Source of the DNA: Thermofilaceae archaeon
GTDB lineage: Archaea; Thermoproteota; Thermoprotei; Thermofilales; Thermofilaceae
Direction: 5' to 3'
DNA: 64,000 nucleotides
Assembly: GCA_038861545.1 (NCBI GenBank)
Contig: JAWCCZ010000006.1
Span: 5,093-69,092, forward strand
Part shown: positions 46,212 to 54,946 of the stretch, piece by piece
Layout: every line of letters begins with the position of its first letter
How positions within the stretch are numbered: the first letter of the stretch is position 1
Program-made: the position numbers and the translations under genes
The notes under the pieces: model-generated
What the model saw: only the letters and a program-made list of their open reading frames with translations
Database searches by the model: none
Told to the model about the DNA's origin: nothing

Positions 46212-47215
46212 AGTTTAACTGTTCCCCCTTTAAGGCTTGATTTAATTACAGCTTCTATTATTCGTGTATTTTCAATGCCTTCTTCAGCCTTAATTAATGG
46301 GGCTGCTCGACCTGATACACACTCGATAAAATGTTCATCAGCTTTGCGGAGGAATCCCGTCACTGTTCCTCGAAGCTTGTAAAACTTAGCTACGTGCGGA
46401 TACGCTAATTTATCTTTAGATGTAACCGTTAATCCCTCTGATTCCGCGTTTATGTGAACTGTGCCTTCACTACCTACAAGCTCCAGCTTAAAGTCGAATA
46501 TTGAGGGTGAGGATTCGGGTAGCACCCATCCGCTTTCGAGAAGAGCAAACCCCTCTTCATCAAATTTGAGCAAAGCACCTACAGCATCTGGGGTGTTCAG
46601 ATCCGATAAAACTTTGCACACGCTTACAGCATACACTTCGCACACTTTCCTTCTAAAATACCAGCATGCAAGGTCTGCCGTGTGGCTCATCAGGAAATAT
46701 GCAACATTAGTTTGAGAGGCCCAAGAAAGCATTCTCTTAGGCACGTATATAGTATCACTCAGCCTAATGTAGGCATATAAGGGTGAACCAATCTCGCCTC
46801 TTTCCAGAAGTTCTTTAATGTACATAAATGGTGGATTAAAGCGGTTCTCGAAATTCACCATCAGGATAAGGTCCCTGCGCCTAGATTCAGCACACATTAG
46901 CTCAGCATCGTTAGATTTAGTAGCCATAGGCTTTTCAACAAATACATGTTTTCCAGCTTTCAGCGCCTCCAGCACGGGTTCAAGATGCAGGTGATCAGGC
47001 GTAGCTACGATGACAGCTTCAACTTCAGGGTCTTCACATAATTCTTTGACATTGGTATAATACCTTGGGATTTTATATTCATCGGCTATACTTTTAGCTT
47101 TCTCTGCGTTAATGTCGGCTACAGCTACAAGCTCAGCGCCTTGTATGCTTTTCAATGCTTCTACATGCAGAATGCCCTGGTTTCCCAAGCCTACTATACC
47201 AATCTTTACCCTCAT
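46208..47215 (-). CDS. Gfo/Idh/MocA family oxidoreductase
   Basis: The ATG at 47215 gives MRVKIGIVGLGNQG (Rossmann motif at the N-terminus). VFVEKPMAT is present. The 30-codon upstream extension of the ORF track (to 47305) is rejected. Confidence 0.85.
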   Translation of the reverse strand: MRVKIGIVGLGNQGILHVEALKSIQGAELVAVADINAEKAKSIADEYKIPRYYTNVKELCEDPEVEAVIVATPDHLHLEPVLEALKAGKHVFVEKPMATKSNDAELMCAESRRRDLILMVNFENRFNPPFMYIKELLERGEIGSPLYAYIRLSDTIYVPKRMLSWASQTNVAYFLMSHTADLACWYFRRKVCEVYAVSVCKVLSDLNTPDAVGALLKFDEEGFALLESGWVLPESSPSIFDFKLELVGSEGTVHINAESEGLTVTSKDKLAYPHVAKFYKLRGTVTGFLRKADEHFIECVSGRAAPLIKAEEGIENTRIIEAVIKSSLKGGTVKL

Positions 47216-47271
47216 AGCTTGCGGACTTAAAGCTGGAGAGGTAGATAATAGTAGCGCACGGCTAGGAGAGT

Positions 47272-47338
47272 AGAGGTCAGTTTTCCTAGCCCCTCTCACT
47301 CTCACTTAGAGTCGAGAGTTCCAGCGTTCATCACTCCC
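47272..47338 (-). ncRNA. candidate box C/D sRNA
   Basis: Read on the minus strand. The terminal stem is GGGG(47338-35)/CCUC(47275-72). The bulge A precedes a perfect C box GUGAUGA (47333-27). A 12-nt spacer precedes a degenerate D' UCGA. C' is a degenerate GUGAGAG. A 12-nt spacer precedes a perfect D box CUGA (47279-76). TTATATT lies about 22 nt upstream. The internal boxes are weak. Confidence 0.4.
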
Positions 47339-47491
47339 CGGTTAAGTACCCTGCTGGAATATAACAGTTTAGCTTACTTGACTGTAGGTTGCCACTGAAA
47401 AATATTATCTCTGATTAAGCCTCTCATTTTCCTTGCGCTCTCCTTCTCGCAGAAGATTTTTATTCTTAGCCGAGCATTAACACAGGGTTTT

Positions 47492-48196
47492 ATGTCGCAA
47501 GTCATCTGGACAGGAAAGCCTTACATGAGGAAGACCGTTGTGAAATTCGCGACCTTGTTCATCGTGCTTACGTTGTTTTTATTCCCCCTGTTTATTGTAA
47601 TGCCATTCGCTTTCCTGGCTTGGATTTTAGGTTTGGCAATTCTCTTCCCATTTTACTACTATTACAAGAGCTCTTTTACCTACTACATTACAGACAAATC
47701 GGTTAGGATCGAGCAAGAATGGAGTTTTGGTAGCTACTCTAGAGAAGTAACTTTTGACCAGATCAGAGACGTTCATGTTTTTCAAGGCGTCTTAGCAAGG
47801 GTTTTTAACTGCGGATCCGTAGCCTTCGTTACATCAGCGGGCCTCGAAGTCGCTTACGCCTACAGCGGCGTAGGAACTGGAAGAGTTGGACCGGGTGTAG
47901 GTGTTGGCCAGGCTCAACCCCAAGTAGTTAAAGGAAGGAAAAACATGTTTTGGGACATACATTCACCCAATCAGGTTGGGGCGATGATTAGTGAGAAGCT
48001 GGCTGAATGGAGGGAAGTTGTACAGCAACGAAGAATAGCTGCTTCTATGGAGAAAATGACTGGAGCGGCTACGCCCCAACGGGTTCAGCCTGCGCATATT
48101 TTAGATGAACTTGAAAGATTGAAGAGGTTACTAGACGAGGGCGCTATAACTAAGGAGGAGTATGAAAAACTGAAGAAGAAACTCTTAGAAGATTAA
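47492..48196 (+). CDS. membrane protein with bacterial-PH (YdbS/T-like) domain and C-terminal SHOCT motif
   Basis: 234 aa. Two N-terminal TM helices are followed by YYITDKSVRIE...FDQIRDVHV (bPH-like) and a Gly-rich linker. The C-terminus LDELERLKRLLDEGAITKEEYEKLKKKLL is SHOCT. Confidence 0.6.
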   Translation: MSQVIWTGKPYMRKTVVKFATLFIVLTLFLFPLFIVMPFAFLAWILGLAILFPFYYYYKSSFTYYITDKSVRIEQEWSFGSYSREVTFDQIRDVHVFQGVLARVFNCGSVAFVTSAGLEVAYAYSGVGTGRVGPGVGVGQAQPQVVKGRKNMFWDIHSPNQVGAMISEKLAEWREVVQQRRIAASMEKMTGAATPQRVQPAHILDELERLKRLLDEGAITKEEYEKLKKKLLED

Positions 48197-48227
48197 GAAT
48201 CGGCGTATATCCTCTAGTCAGGGTTAG

Positions 48228-48249
48228 AACAGCTTTTCCAAAAGCTGTT
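48228..48249. promoter_or_regulatory. perfect 10-bp inverted repeat (terminator hairpin or operator)
   Basis: AACAGCTTTT-CC-AAAAGCTGTT lies 32 nt after the stop of 47492..48196 and 26 nt before the GTG start of the SDR gene. Confidence 0.35.
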
Positions 48250-48274
48250 TAAGTACCTTTAGATATCTTTTCGT

Positions 48275-49180
48275 GTGGGCAGGTTCGAGAACAAAGTAGC
48301 TATAGTAACTGGAGGGGCTAGGGGAATTGGAGCAGCGATAGCTTACAGGTTGGGATCCGAGGGTGCGAAGGTGGTTCTCTTCGATTTAGACGCAGAAGCT
48401 GGTACAAAGAGGTTGGAAATGCTCAGGAGTAAAGGGGTTAGAGGAATCTACGTGCAAGGAGATGTAGCTAGGGAATCCGACGTTAGCCGGTGCGTTAGAA
48501 CCGCTGTGGAAATTTTCGGGCGAATCGATATTTTAGTGAACAACGCCGGCATAGGCTTCTCGGGAAAGCCTTTATTCCAGCAAACGTTAGGGGAGTGGGA
48601 GAGGATTATTTCAGTTAACTTAACTGGTCCGTACATTTTTTCGAAGTATTCAGCTAAGGTAATGGCAGAGCTCGGGGGTGGGGTAATAATCAACATTGCA
48701 AGCACCCGGGCGCTGCAATCAGAGCCTAACACTGAACCTTACTCCGCATCAAAAGGTGGTTTAGTAGCTTTAACTCACTCTCTAGCGGTGAGCTTAACTA
48801 AGTACAGGATAAGAGTTGTTGCAATTTCACCCGGGTGGGTTGACACCAGCTACTGGCAAATCCCGCCAAAAGAGCCCTCGCTTACCGAGCTAGATCACGA
48901 ACAGCATTTAACCGGTAGAGTGGGTAGACCTGAGGACATAGCCTCGCTCGTAGCTTTTCTGGCTTCAGATGAAGCTAGCTGGATCACTGGTGTAAACTTT
49001 ATCATTGACGGAGGGATGACGGTGAAAATGCTATACTTAGACGATACCGTAATCGCAGACGCTGCTGCCACGCTGACTGGCGATTCCGATTTCGCCAAGC
49101 TCTTAAAACTGCTTCTGTCAGGGGATCCAAATACTCAGGCGAAAGCCAAGGAGGTTATGAAGAGTGTGCTGGAGAGCTAA
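48275..49180 (+). CDS. short-chain dehydrogenase/reductase (SDR) with about 50-aa C-terminal extension
   Basis: GTG start. TGGARGIGAAIA (TGxxxGxG), NNAG, and the catalytic YSASKGG are present. Confidence 0.85.
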   Translation: MGRFENKVAIVTGGARGIGAAIAYRLGSEGAKVVLFDLDAEAGTKRLEMLRSKGVRGIYVQGDVARESDVSRCVRTAVEIFGRIDILVNNAGIGFSGKPLFQQTLGEWERIISVNLTGPYIFSKYSAKVMAELGGGVIINIASTRALQSEPNTEPYSASKGGLVALTHSLAVSLTKYRIRVVAISPGWVDTSYWQIPPKEPSLTELDHEQHLTGRVGRPEDIASLVAFLASDEASWITGVNFIIDGGMTVKMLYLDDTVIADAAATLTGDSDFAKLLKLLLSGDPNTQAKAKEVMKSVLES

Positions 49181-50234
49181 CGTTAATCCTTCGGTACTTA
49201 TTGGCCGCGTCGTACAGCGCAATTATATTCCCCAGAGGAGTGCTAGGCAATATTGTATGGCTCGGCCTTAAGGTATAGCCCGTAGGTCCTAGTACATTGA
49301 ATACGTACTTTACTTCAGCTGTCACCTCGCCAGGCGATTTCCAGGGTAAACTTTGCACGCCAATACCTCCCTCAAAGCTTAACTGATCGCCGTAGAGCCT
49401 CTTTATGCGCGCTATATCCATTGCTTCAGGCTGTAAGGGTTCCAGGACATCTACTCCAATTTCTACTAAGTCCGGGATTATGGGCTCGATCCATCCGTCG
49501 CTATGAAAATGGAAGAACGCACCATGCTTATGGACCGTTCTTGCTAGTTTCTCGTAGCGCGGCTTTAGAAAGCGCCTCCACAACTCGGGGGAAATCATCA
49601 TTGTGGTTTGTGTACCCACGTCATCTCCGCTGTACACCTGGTCTACCCCAGCCTCGGCCAGTAGAGCGGCTTGCCGCTCCGCGATGCCGAAAAGCCTGTC
49701 AAGCACGGACTCGACTTTCCACGGCTCTAGGAGCATCAACCGGAAGATCTTGTTATAGCCGAAAAGAGCACACGCTGTCTCGAAAGGTTGAAGCACGGCA
49801 CCGACAACGCAGTAATCCTCAAAGCTTTGCCTAAATTCCTCGACCACCTTTACGTCCTCCTCTTTGAGTTCAGGGTACTCGTACTCATAGGTTTCCACAA
49901 GCTCTAGTGGATGCTCGGCATGCATGCTAGTTCGGCCGTCACTTGAAAACCTATACACTACGCCGAAAGAATCCCTATACAGACGCCTACCATTGTTATC
50001 CCTAAACCAGCCCTCGTACGAGCTCACCAGCCCTATTCCAAGCCAGCTAATGTTAGGTAGAAACCCTCTGTAGTCAATATTCAATCTCCTCAGTAGGCGC
50101 TCGATATGGTCTACACCCAACGTTGATGAAAGCTCCTCCAAAGGCTCGGGTGATTCAATCCAAATGTTCAATGGAACCATGTCCAATTCTTCTCTCCTAA
50201 CGGCTCTGTAGCAGCGTTCCCTAGGGGTGAGCAT
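49155..50234 (-). CDS. uroporphyrinogen decarboxylase (URO-D) family protein, divergent paralog B
   Basis: Closely parallels 21022..22116 (GDDVGTQTTMMISPELWRRFLKP...FHSDGWIEPIIPDL...DVLEPLQPEAMD). The ATG at 50234 (MLTPRERC) is preferred to the TTG at 50252. Its 3' end overlaps the convergent SDR gene by 26 nt. Confidence 0.75.
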   Translation of the reverse strand: MLTPRERCYRAVRREELDMVPLNIWIESPEPLEELSSTLGVDHIERLLRRLNIDYRGFLPNISWLGIGLVSSYEGWFRDNNGRRLYRDSFGVVYRFSSDGRTSMHAEHPLELVETYEYEYPELKEEDVKVVEEFRQSFEDYCVVGAVLQPFETACALFGYNKIFRLMLLEPWKVESVLDRLFGIAERQAALLAEAGVDQVYSGDDVGTQTTMMISPELWRRFLKPRYEKLARTVHKHGAFFHFHSDGWIEPIIPDLVEIGVDVLEPLQPEAMDIARIKRLYGDQLSFEGGIGVQSLPWKSPGEVTAEVKYVFNVLGPTGYTLRPSHTILPSTPLGNIIALYDAANKYRRINVSSPAHSS

Positions 50235-50377
50235 GGCTATCGATAAGTTCAAGGACTCTCTAGTTAATAGATTTGCCTCCTCTACATTTACTATAGATAG
50301 CCTGAAACTTTGGATACCAGTTTAGAACCGCAATGCATAAATGGTTCCTTCGTTAACTAAAAACAAGGCGTGGAGAT

Positions 50378-50785
50378 ATGTCTATAGCTAGAAGCCAGTT
50401 AATAGGTAAAAAAGTTTACAACCCTGATGGGAGTTTTGTCGGCGACGTTACGGATATAGGGCTCGCAGTAGGGGAAAGTCAAATCTCACTCGTGGTTGCT
50501 ACTGCCGCTGGAACCACTATCAACATACCTTGGAACAACGTTTCCGCAGCCAAAGATATAATTCTGCTCAAAGAAACTGTGGAAGTTCCTCAACCCACCA
50601 TGATACCCTCAGTCACCCCCGTTACCACTACACAGTTTTCTCAGCCCGCCCAATCTAAGACTGGCTTAAAATTGCCTTTTAAACGTGAAAAAGAGCAGAT
50701 GATGTGCCCTACATGCGGTCAGCCAGCTACTTGGATACCCCAGTACCAGCGCTGGTACTGTTACAACTGCCAGAAATATCTATAA
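50378..50785 (+). CDS. PRC-barrel domain protein with C-terminal zinc ribbon
   Basis: 135 aa. LIGKKVYNPDGSFVGDVTDIGL is PRC-barrel. A Pro/Thr-rich linker follows. The C-terminal CPTCG...CYNC is a zinc ribbon. Confidence 0.65.
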   Translation: MSIARSQLIGKKVYNPDGSFVGDVTDIGLAVGESQISLVVATAAGTTINIPWNNVSAAKDIILLKETVEVPQPTMIPSVTPVTTTQFSQPAQSKTGLKLPFKREKEQMMCPTCGQPATWIPQYQRWYCYNCQKYL

Positions 50786-51036
50786 AAATTAGGATTGTTT
50801 TTTAAAAGGATTAAAACACTTTTCGATTACCTGTGCCTCTCTCTTCTCGGAAAGCATTATGCTTAATCTAGTTCTTTAGGCATAGTTATCCGTGTCATCG
50901 CGGGCAGCATTTTGCACTTCCGGATGAACATAGCGTTTCTCTAGCACGGTAACTTGCACAACTTTCTCCCGTAGTGTCGATACCAGGCAGTTGCGCTGTC
51001 GAAAGACTAATATGGCTGCCCTAAGAGGACAACCGC

Positions 51037-51915
51037 ATGGAAAAGAGGGTTCTGGGGAGAACCGGGTATCGGGTTACGATCCTGACAATCGGTGGAGCGG
51101 GGCCCGGTTTCACGCCTTTCGTAGAAGAGGGTATCAAAGCCTTCGAAATGGCAGTCGAGAGGGGCTTAAACATGGTTGATATAGCACCCAGCTACAGCGA
51201 GGCTGAAGTTAGGCTTGGCCCACTGATAAGCAAGTATAGGGATAGACTTGTGATCGCTGAAAAGACTATGGAAAGAACGAGGGAAGGCGCTTGGGGAGAG
51301 CTAAAGCAGTCGCTTATCCGGCTTGGCGTTAAAAACTTTGATATCTACCAGTTTCACGCTGTCAGCTCACTAGAGGAGCTCGATAAGATTTTCGAGAGGG
51401 GAGGTGCAGTGGAAGCTTTTACTGAAGCTAGGGATCAGGGGCTCATCAAGTTCATTGGGATCACAGTCCACAACGACATGAGGATTGTGCTCAAAGCTCT
51501 CAACCGCTTCGATTTTGATACTATTCTCATACCGGTTAACGTGGCGAGCATGATACACCCCACGCCGGAAAATGATTTTCGACCAGTGCTTAAAGTTGCT
51601 GTGGAGAGGGATATCGGGATAATCGCGATGAAAGCTATTGCGAAAAGAAGATGGCCTGGCGAACGGAGGCTAATCGGCGATAGGCAGTTTACGTCTTGGT
51701 ACGAGCCGCTAGAAGAACAAGCGGATATTGATAAAGCTGTTTGGTTCACTTTATCTCAAGAAGGCGTTGCTACTTATACGATGTCTTCTGAAGTGAGGCT
51801 ATGGTCTAAGATAATAAGCTCTGGAGAAAGATTCAGGGGACTCAGTGAAAAAGAGCAATCAAACATTGCTGAATATTTCAGCCAAAAAGGCGTAAAACCG
51901 CTCTTCCCGGAGTAA
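51037..51915 (+). CDS. aldo/keto reductase
   Basis: 292 aa with MEKRVLGRTGYRVTILTIGGAG, DIAPSY and DIYQFHAV. Confidence 0.8.
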   Translation: MEKRVLGRTGYRVTILTIGGAGPGFTPFVEEGIKAFEMAVERGLNMVDIAPSYSEAEVRLGPLISKYRDRLVIAEKTMERTREGAWGELKQSLIRLGVKNFDIYQFHAVSSLEELDKIFERGGAVEAFTEARDQGLIKFIGITVHNDMRIVLKALNRFDFDTILIPVNVASMIHPTPENDFRPVLKVAVERDIGIIAMKAIAKRRWPGERRLIGDRQFTSWYEPLEEQADIDKAVWFTLSQEGVATYTMSSEVRLWSKIISSGERFRGLSEKEQSNIAEYFSQKGVKPLFPE

Positions 51916-52074
51916 CGTTTTTACATTCGTTAACTTGGGCGAGCGTTACAGGTAACTTTTCCTCTCTGTTACTCGATCCTATGCTGATGACTTAACATCC
52001 AAAACGTGCATGTATGACAGAAGGCTTCGCCAGTGTAGTAGTTAAATTAAAATGGAGGGGAGAAATACTGACGC

Positions 52075-53031
52075 ATGGGTGTAATTAGAACGGTTCTTGG
52101 CGATATTACACCCGATAAACTTGGTATGGCTTTAACTCATGAGCATGTGATCTGTGATTTTATCGGTGCGGATAAAGTTGACAGGTCTAGGTACAGCCGA
52201 ACCGAGGTTTTCGAGATCATGTTTCCATACTTGGCGGAAATTAAACAGTTAGGTGTGAGCGGGTTTATAGACTGTACTCCAGCTTTTATCGGGCGGGATC
52301 CCCTGCTGCTATCTGAATTATCGAAAGCTATTGGGTTACACATTTTAACAAATACTGGCTTGTATAAGGAGCCTTTTTTACCCAGATATGCTTTCGAGTA
52401 TAGCGCCGATCAATTAGCTGAGATTTGGGCACTCGAGATAGAGGAGGGAGTAGAAAACGAAATAGTTAGAGCTCGAAGCAGTGCAGTAGAGAGATTCCCT
52501 CTGAAAGCTGGTTTCATAAAAATTGCTGTTAATCCAGGCCATATAGTCCCAATACAAGAGAAGATAATACGGGCAGCATCTCGATGCAGTTTGTCCACAG
52601 GGGCAACTATAGTTTGTCACACAGCGAATGGAACAGCCGCCATTGAATTGCTCAAAATCGCAGAGGAGGAAGGACTCGACGCTAGCAAGCTAGTTGTAGC
52701 TCACAGTGACGCTATAGATGAGTGGAGTTATCATCTAAGAATTTTTCAGCTGGGAGCTTGGGTATCTTATGATGGAATCAGTAAGGAGACTGTTCAAAGA
52801 ACCCTTAAGCTACTTGGTCTCGTAGTTGACAATGGTTTCGAAGATCAACTCCTTTTATCTCAGGATGCTGGTTGGTACAATGTTGGTCAACCCAAGGGTG
52901 GGACAATAAGGGGCTATTCATTTATAATAAAGGAATTTATCCCTATATTTATCGAAAAAGGCTTCAGCCACAGCTTAGTGCAAAAGATTCTAGTCAACAA
53001 CCCGGCACGGGCATTTCAAATACCGGTTTAA
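52075..53031 (+). CDS. phosphotriesterase-family hydrolase (phosphotriesterase-like lactonase/PHP type)
   Basis: 318 aa. The amidohydrolase metal ligands appear in PTE order: LTHEHV, GFIKIAV (carboxylated Lys position), VCHT, VAHSD, LLSQDAG. Confidence 0.8.
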   Translation: MGVIRTVLGDITPDKLGMALTHEHVICDFIGADKVDRSRYSRTEVFEIMFPYLAEIKQLGVSGFIDCTPAFIGRDPLLLSELSKAIGLHILTNTGLYKEPFLPRYAFEYSADQLAEIWALEIEEGVENEIVRARSSAVERFPLKAGFIKIAVNPGHIVPIQEKIIRAASRCSLSTGATIVCHTANGTAAIELLKIAEEEGLDASKLVVAHSDAIDEWSYHLRIFQLGAWVSYDGISKETVQRTLKLLGLVVDNGFEDQLLLSQDAGWYNVGQPKGGTIRGYSFIIKEFIPIFIEKGFSHSLVQKILVNNPARAFQIPV

Positions 53032-53118
53032 TTATTACGTAATCTTCGCTAAACTTAGGGTGTCTTATTCTTCACTAAAATAAGAAAGATTAATATGTAG
53101 GAAGAAGTTCCTAGCTTT

Positions 53119-53649
53119 GTGACAAGCGGATCAACCATCCGGCTAACTTCGAGTTTGCTTGAAAAACTTCTTATAGTAGTGCTGCTTATATGGGCTATCT
53201 CCGCTAGTAGTTTAGCAGCTTATAACTACCTAAGAGCTGAAAAGCTGGCATCTGAAGTTTCCCATCTCACTACTGTGCTGAGTACAACCGAGTCGGAATT
53301 ACATGATCTGAGGATGCGTATAGTAATTGTAAATATAGGTATCGATTATGGCAATGGTACGGTTAAATGGTTTAATGTAACTCCTTTATCTAAGGGAGCA
53401 ACTGTACTGAAAGCGTTACTGGCTGTTGCCAGCCGTGTCGAATACACGTATGGTCCTTGGGGGGCTTATGTAACCTCAGTTAACGGTGTAAAAGAGGAAA
53501 TCATTGCTTCTAATGAAGGCTACTCGTGGCTCTGGTATATATACGATAAGGAGAAGGGTGTATGGATCCCAGGTCCTGTGGCTTCTGACCAGTACGAGCT
53601 ACCTGACGGGTCTTCCGTTAAGTGGATATATGAACACTGGAAATTTTAA
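53119..53649 (+). CDS. membrane-anchored DUF4430 (transcobalamin-like beta domain) protein
   Basis: GTG start and an N-terminal TM. GATVLKALLAV..YGPWGAYVTSVNGVKE...GYSWLWYIYDKEKGVWIPGPVASDQYELPDGSSVKWIY fits the DUF4430 pattern. Confidence 0.6.
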   Translation: MTSGSTIRLTSSLLEKLLIVVLLIWAISASSLAAYNYLRAEKLASEVSHLTTVLSTTESELHDLRMRIVIVNIGIDYGNGTVKWFNVTPLSKGATVLKALLAVASRVEYTYGPWGAYVTSVNGVKEEIIASNEGYSWLWYIYDKEKGVWIPGPVASDQYELPDGSSVKWIYEHWKF

Positions 53650-54221
53650 TGTGGCTTAAAGTGAACCGTAAAGAGTTGAAGATTGCTTTTCTTTTAACGT
53701 TAAGCAGCGGGGTTAAGGGGAGGTATACCCTGCGTGATGAACTTGGAGTTAGAGAAGGTATACTTAAGGGGCTGTACGAAGAGTTGAAGAGAGAAGGTTT
53801 AATTGAAGTTCATAGAGGAGGTGCTCGGATTAGTGCAAAGGGGCGTGAAGCTCTAGCTTTAATGCTGCGTGAATGCGGTGTAATGGATGCTAGGATTCTT
53901 GAGGAGGTTAATGCATGGGGGGAGCAGCTACGAGGCGTTGCAGCGGCCCTAATCAGCGATGTAAGGAATATAGTGAAAGCTCGGGATGTTGTGGTAAGAG
54001 CTGGAGCAGCAATGGCCTTAATCGTAAAGGTTAAGGACGGACACATGTACCTACCAGCTGTCGAAGACTACGATATTAAGGAGCATTTACCGGCCGTTTA
54101 CGAGATCCTGGCTTCGATGCCACGTACCGCTGCGTACATCGTGGCTCTATCGGAGAAAATTTACCCTTGTATACTGGGAGTTCTTAGACTTGGAGAGTTA
54201 GTTTCAAAAGGCTTTGTTTGA
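53649..54221 (+). CDS. winged-helix-like protein of unknown function
   Basis: 190 aa. The start overlaps the previous stop (TAATG). The N-terminal RYTLRDELGVREGILKGLYEELKREGLIEVHRGG resembles a wHTH. Confidence 0.5.
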   Translation: MWLKVNRKELKIAFLLTLSSGVKGRYTLRDELGVREGILKGLYEELKREGLIEVHRGGARISAKGREALALMLRECGVMDARILEEVNAWGEQLRGVAAALISDVRNIVKARDVVVRAGAAMALIVKVKDGHMYLPAVEDYDIKEHLPAVYEILASMPRTAAYIVALSEKIYPCILGVLRLGELVSKGFV

Positions 54222-54231
54222 CATACCTACT

Positions 54232-54933
54232 ATGGGTCATAAACTCGGGCTCGAAAAGCTGACACTGCTAACCGTGTTCATGCTCATTTCGTGTGTAGCG
54301 GCGCAGCCGGTGGCGTTAACCAGCGGAGATACCCCCTTAAGCGGGGCAATAGTGGATGTGGAGAAGCTTGATGGCACTAGATTAAGGCTCACCGCTGGAC
54401 CCGATGGGACAGTGACTGTGATGGAGGTTCCGCTAGGGATCCTGAAGGTTAAGGTAGTTAGCTGGAAGAACGTTCCCGTAAACTATGAGTGTGTAACCAC
54501 CCCCGAAAATAGGACCATCACCGTCAAGGGTATAAACCGCGTTGTAGTAACTGTAACTGGGTCTAGGGGTCAGGGGTTGCCCGGAGCTCTCGTGAAAGTA
54601 TTTTACGGGGGCTTAGAAGTGGAATCCGGGTTGACCGACGATTCAGGGGTTTACCGAACCTTGCTCCCCTCCGCAAGCTATGTAATAAGAGTTGAGTACA
54701 ATGGGGCAGCTACAGAGAGGAGCGTGGAATTGAGAGACTATCTTGAAGTAAAAATCCCATTGGATGTATTCACTGTTATAGGGAACTACCCTATTTCATC
54801 GAGCGAATTCATGGGGATTATGGCCTTTGTAATAACGCTTGTATTTACGATCTTCGTCATAGCCTACGAGTACGTACAGTGGCGGAAGAGGAAAACAATT
54901 AGCGCCGTAGTTAAGGCAGGTGAGGTTAGATAG
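54232..54933 (+). CDS. secreted carboxypeptidase-regulatory-like (Ig-like) repeat protein with C-terminal TM anchor
   Basis: The ATG at 54232 gives the signal peptide MGHKLGLEKLTLLTVFMLISCVAAQP. Two CarboxypepD_reg-like units are present (GALVKVFYGGLEVESGLTDDSGVYRTLLPSASYVIRV). A C-terminal TM and RKRK follow. Confidence 0.6.
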   Translation: MGHKLGLEKLTLLTVFMLISCVAAQPVALTSGDTPLSGAIVDVEKLDGTRLRLTAGPDGTVTVMEVPLGILKVKVVSWKNVPVNYECVTTPENRTITVKGINRVVVTVTGSRGQGLPGALVKVFYGGLEVESGLTDDSGVYRTLLPSASYVIRVEYNGAATERSVELRDYLEVKIPLDVFTVIGNYPISSSEFMGIMAFVITLVFTIFVIAYEYVQWRKRKTISAVVKAGEVR

Positions 54934-54946
54934 ATTTCCTAGCTAA

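Noticed and set aside
47216-47305. A 30-codon N-terminal extension of the Gfo/Idh/MocA gene.
   Set aside because: The Rossmann GxGxxG motif must be near the N-terminus and follows the ATG at 47215. The extension is low-complexity and overlaps a C/D-box-like element.
50991-51179. A 62-aa ORF overlapping the AKR gene start in another frame.
   Set aside because: The AKR frame carries the family motifs. The alternative frame is Arg/Gly-rich shadow.
51984-51990. CTGATGA, a C-box-like motif upstream of the lactonase gene.
   Set aside because: There is no D' or D box at the proper spacing and no terminal stem.
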